From contig CAWBAN010000003.1 of assembly GCA_963786935.1 (NCBI GenBank), positions 192,001 through 256,000 of the forward strand: 64,000 bases of DNA, given 5' to 3'. This stretch comes from an uncultured bacterium (GTDB lineage: Bacteria > Krumholzibacteriota > Krumholzibacteriia > Krumholzibacteriales > Krumholzibacteriaceae). Positions 60,499 through 64,000 of the stretch are shown one piece after another. The notes beneath the pieces were generated by a model. That model was not told the origin of the DNA. It saw only the letters and a list, made by a program, of their open reading frames with translations, and ran no database searches. Each line of letters opens with the position of its first letter. The stretch's first letter is position 1. Made by a program: the position numbers and the translations under genes.

Positions 60499-61551
60499 CT
60501 ACCGGCCTTCGACCTTCGTCCCGCAGTTCGGGCAGTACTTGGCGCCGCTTCCGAGCTCGGCCGTGCAGTGGGCGCACCGCGCGGGGCGCGCGACGGGGGC
60601 GCCGCACGAGCCGCAGAAGCGCGCGTCCGCCGGGACGGCGGCGCGGCACTTCGCGCACTCGATCGTCTCCGCCACGGCGGTGCCCTGCGCCCGCGCGCTC
60701 TGCGCGATCATGCCCGGCATCATGAAGCCGAGCCCCGCGCCGACGCCGATGCCCATCCCGCTCGCCGCCGCCGAGCCCGCGCCGTCGGCGCCGCCCGCGG
60801 CCGCCGCGTCCCCCATGGCCTTCGCGGCCTTGAACTTGAAGAAGCTGTCGAGATTGCCGACCGCCTCGAGCCCGCTCCGCTCGTCGATCATCTTCTGCAC
60901 CTCGGGGGGCGGCGTGATGGCGTTGAGATAGAAATCGGCGAGCTCCATCCCGTATTTCGTGAAGTCGCCGACGAGCCGCTCCTTGATCTCGACGGCGAGC
61001 TCGTCGTAGCTGCGCGGGAGATCGAAGATCGTGTCGAGCTTCTCGCCGAAGAGGTCGTTGATGCGCGCGACGATGACGTCGCGGAGGTAGTCGCCGATCA
61101 TCTCGCTCGTGTAGGAGCCCTGCGTGCCGACGACCTTGTTGATGAAGACGAGCGGATCGACGACGGTGAACGTGTACACGCCGAACGCGCGCAGTCGCAC
61201 GAGCCCGAGCTTCGAGTCCGTGAAGGCGACCGGGTCCTTCGTGCCCCACTTCTGGTTGATGAACACCTTCCGGTTGACGAAGAACACCTCGGCCCGGAAG
61301 GGGCTCTTGAATCCCCACGGGAGCGAGAGCGCCTTCGTGAGAATCGGGAGGTTCTTCGAAATGAGCGTATGGCGGCCCGGCCCGAACACGTCGAGCCCCT
61401 TGCCGTCCTTGAAAAACACCGCGGTCTGGTTGTCGCGGACGACGAGCTGCGCGCCGATCTTGATCTCGGCGGAGCCTTCGGGCGGAATGCGGTGAACGAT
61501 TTCCTCGCCCGATAAATCGAACCATTCCAGCAGTTCCATGAACTGAGACAT
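60499..61551 (-). CDS. SPFH (band 7-like, YdjI-type) protein with double zinc ribbon
   Basis: [30 protein letters not shown] and LRAFG; GMGIGVG; four CxxC at the C-terminus. Confidence 0.9.
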   Translation of the reverse strand: MSQFMELLEWFDLSGEEIVHRIPPEGSAEIKIGAQLVVRDNQTAVFFKDGKGLDVFGPGRHTLISKNLPILTKALSLPWGFKSPFRAEVFFVNRKVFINQKWGTKDPVAFTDSKLGLVRLRAFGVYTFTVVDPLVFINKVVGTQGSYTSEMIGDYLRDVIVARINDLFGEKLDTIFDLPRSYDELAVEIKERLVGDFTKYGMELADFYLNAITPPPEVQKMIDERSGLEAVGNLDSFFKFKAAKAMGDAAAAGGADGAGSAAASGMGIGVGAGLGFMMPGMIAQSARAQGTAVAETIECAKCRAAVPADARFCGSCGAPVARPARCAHCTAELGSGAKYCPNCGTKVEGR

Positions 61552-61751
61552 ACGAGCCTCCCGTCGAAAGCGGCCTATCTGTTATAATCGCAACGAGTTG
61601 TCGTGTAGTGCAAATCAGGCTGAAATAGTGCAAGGGTAATGCCAACGACGACAATTTCTTTCGGGAGACGGCGATGTGCGATATACTGCAGTCGGTCGCG
61701 GGCGGCGCGGGCGCGCCGTCCGGCCGGCGGCACGGAGGAAAGGAGTGCGGC

Positions 61752-62135
61752 ATGGGCATCTTCGCCTTGTCCGGAGTCGGAATCGTGATCATGTTCATCA
61801 TCCTGGTAATCGAGGGCGGGTTGCTCCTGTGGGCCGCGGCGAAGCTCGCGAAGGTGGAAGAGGCGAGCTTCGGCCGGGCGATGGCGGCGATCGTCGTCGG
61901 TTCGTTCGTTGAGGTGCTGTCCTATTTCCTCTTCAGCCTCATATCGTTCCTCGGCCACCTGTTCGGTTTCATTCTCGGGCTCATTCTCGTCATCCTCGTC
62001 ATCAAGCTGATTTTCAGGACGAGCTTCATGAAGGCGTTCATCGTGTGGATCTTCAACCTCCTCGCCGTGCTCGTGGCGATCATTCTCGCCAGCATGCTCA
62101 TGGCGAGCTCGCTGTTTCTGTCGCGCGGGATCTAG
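61752..62135 (+). CDS. Small 4-TM membrane protein
   Basis: AAGGAG SD; almost entirely hydrophobic. Confidence 0.75.
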   Translation: MGIFALSGVGIVIMFIILVIEGGLLLWAAAKLAKVEEASFGRAMAAIVVGSFVEVLSYFLFSLISFLGHLFGFILGLILVILVIKLIFRTSFMKAFIVWIFNLLAVLVAIILASMLMASSLFLSRGI

Positions 62136-62178
62136 CGCGCCCGGGGGAACCGGCGTTCCCCCGCCGGTGAGGCCTCGC

Positions 62179-63159
62179 ATGCTGAGAAACCTCGTGAGCG
62201 CTCATGACGCCGCCCTCCTCGTCGAGAGGGCGAGGCAGGGCCGCCTGCGCGAGATGATCGCGCGCGCGTCGAACCGGCGGGAAGCCGCCACGATGTCGTG
62301 GAACGCCGTGAGCGGCCCCCGCAAGAACTGGTGGGACATCCCCGCGGTCATGCGGCGCTGGAACACGTTGGTCTCGGGCGACCCCGACGTCGATTACCTC
62401 GCGCACGTGCTCGGCTCGCGCTTCGCGGGGCGGCGCTCGATGCGCGCGCTCTCCCTCGGGTGCGGGACGGGGCACCGGGAGATCGAGCTCGCGCGCAGCG
62501 GCGCGTTCGTCCGCATCGACGCGATCGACCGGTCGGCGGCGAGAATCGCGTACGCGCGCGAGCGCTCGCGCGAGGCGGGCCTCGGCGGCGTGATCGACTA
62601 CGCGGTCGGGGACGCCGCGCGGTTCGAGGCGCCGGCGGGCTCCTGCGACCTCGTCATCAGCGAGCAGTTTCTCCACCACGTCTCCGGTCTCGATTCGTTG
62701 CTCCCGCGGGTGCGGGACGCGCTGCGCGGCGACGGCTGCTTCCTCTTCAACGAGTACGTGGGCCCGTCCCGGTTCCAGTGGACCGATGCGCAGCTCGCCG
62801 CGGTGAACGCGATGCTCGACGAGCTGCCGGAGCGGTACCGCGTCCGGTGGAAGAGCGGAACGATCAAACGCCGGGTGCACCGGCCGGGGAGGCTCGCCAT
62901 GATGCTCTACGATCCCACCGAGGCGGTCTCGTCGGCGCGCATCGTTCCGCTCGTCCGCCGGACGTTCGAGGCGGTGGAGATCAGGGGATACGGCGGGTCG
63001 GTGCTGCCGCTCCTCTTCAGCGACATCGCGTTCAACTTCCTTTCCGAGAATCCCGAAACGCGGGAGCACCTCGAGCGCTGCTTCGCGCGGGAGGACGATC
63101 TCCTCGCGCGGGGAACGATCGCGCACGATTACGCCGTCGGCGTCTGCGGGCGGCGATAG
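62179..63159 (+). CDS. Class I SAM-dependent methyltransferase
   Basis: LSLGCGTG, D.S, GD, LHHV and EYVGPSRFQW. Confidence 0.9.
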   Translation: MLRNLVSAHDAALLVERARQGRLREMIARASNRREAATMSWNAVSGPRKNWWDIPAVMRRWNTLVSGDPDVDYLAHVLGSRFAGRRSMRALSLGCGTGHREIELARSGAFVRIDAIDRSAARIAYARERSREAGLGGVIDYAVGDAARFEAPAGSCDLVISEQFLHHVSGLDSLLPRVRDALRGDGCFLFNEYVGPSRFQWTDAQLAAVNAMLDELPERYRVRWKSGTIKRRVHRPGRLAMMLYDPTEAVSSARIVPLVRRTFEAVEIRGYGGSVLPLLFSDIAFNFLSENPETREHLERCFAREDDLLARGTIAHDYAVGVCGRR

Positions 63160-63264
63160 AATGCTTTACATCCCCCGTGCCGTCGTATATTTTCATTGCT
63201 CGATCGACGGGGGCGCGCCGGCGCCCACGACGCTCCCGATTCGCGCGTGACCGGAGACTCCCTC

Positions 63265-64000
63265 ATGGCAGATGAACATGCAAGCGCCCCGCAGGAGGCC
63301 CGCCGGAAGCTGAGGATCTGCGTTCTCATCCCGAAGCTGCGGATCGGCGGCGCCGAGATGCACGTGCTGTCGCTCCTCAAGCACATCGACAAGACCCGCT
63401 TCTCCGTTTCCCTGCTCTGTTTCACCGCGGGGAACGAGCGGATGGAGCGGGAGGCGGCGCGCTCCGTCGAATCCTTCGAGACGGTGCATTTCCGCTGGCG
63501 GCGGGCTCCCGTCTCTTTCGCCCGGATCGTCCGGTTTTTGCGGCGCGGGAGATTCGACGTCGTCCATTGCCATCTCGTGCTCGCCGATTCCGTGGGGAGG
63601 CTCGCGGGCTGGTGCGCCGGCGTCCCCGTCCGCGTGACGACCGAGCACGGCAAGCACCTCTGGAAGCCGCCGCTCCATCTTTTCTTCGAGCGGATGATCG
63701 CCCCCCTCACCGACGCGCGGATCTGCGTGAGCAGGGATATCATGGAAATCCGCCGGACCCGGGAGCGCACGCCGGCGAGCAAGCTCTTCTACATACCGAA
63801 CGGCGTCGACACCGCGGTCTTCGGCGCGGCGAAGCGGGATCGCGCCGGCGTCATGGCGGAGTTCGGGTGGGACGGCCCCGGCCCGCTCGTCGTCGCGGTC
63901 GGCCGCCTCGAGCCCGAGAAGCGCTACGATCTGCTCGTCCGCGCGGTCGGAAGCCTGTCGGCGCGTTTCCCGTCGATGCGGTGTCTCCTCGTCGGGGACG
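63265..64000 (+). CDS. GT4 family glycosyltransferase, partial (runs off the window)
   Basis: Absent from the ORF track; hand translation gives GGAE, DVVHCH, TEHG, CVS, IPNGVD and VGRLEPEK. Confidence 0.9.
   Translation, partial: MADEHASAPQEARRKLRICVLIPKLRIGGAEMHVLSLLKHIDKTRFSVSLLCFTAGNERMEREAARSVESFETVHFRWRRAPVSFARIVRFLRRGRFDVVHCHLVLADSVGRLAGWCAGVPVRVTTEHGKHLWKPPLHLFFERMIAPLTDARICVSRDIMEIRRTRERTPASKLFYIPNGVDTAVFGAAKRDRAGVMAEFGWDGPGPLVVAVGRLEPEKRYDLLVRAVGSLSARFPSMRCLLVGD

Overview
GC-rich, densely coding bacterial chromosome segment. Secreted proteins with PNPF/FlgD-Ig-type C-termini suggest an FCB-group candidate lineage such as Krumholzibacteriota or Latescibacterota (inference). About 50 CDSs are supported. 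I found no rRNA, tRNA, CRISPR array, integrase or transposase. Main blocks: (1) secreted proteases, adhesin-like proteins and housekeeping genes (wrbA, a MIO ammonia-lyase, lemA-htpX, a PurF variant with Ser at position 1, an atypical def, class II aldolase); (2) 27.9-38.4 kb, a minus-strand cluster of REC-AsnC fusion, NuoE/NuoF/GltD-NuoG-like (Bfu/NfnABC-type) flavoenzyme, histidine kinase and a degenerate NtrC-type regulator, riddled with single-base frameshifts that are probably read errors; (3) 38.7-47 kb, an accessory region after a tviB/wbpO-like gene, holding two degenerate remnants of that gene's 3' end, a repeated 18-bp palindrome and a lower-GC NarL-regulator-kaiC-kaiB module without kaiA; (4) a HEAT-repeat plus HD-GYP pair, an AcsE-like gene with metF, a YtrA-type regulator with a perfect operator, and an SPFH plus triple Zn-ribbon operon. 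All calls come from reading the sequence and recognising motifs; no database search was run.
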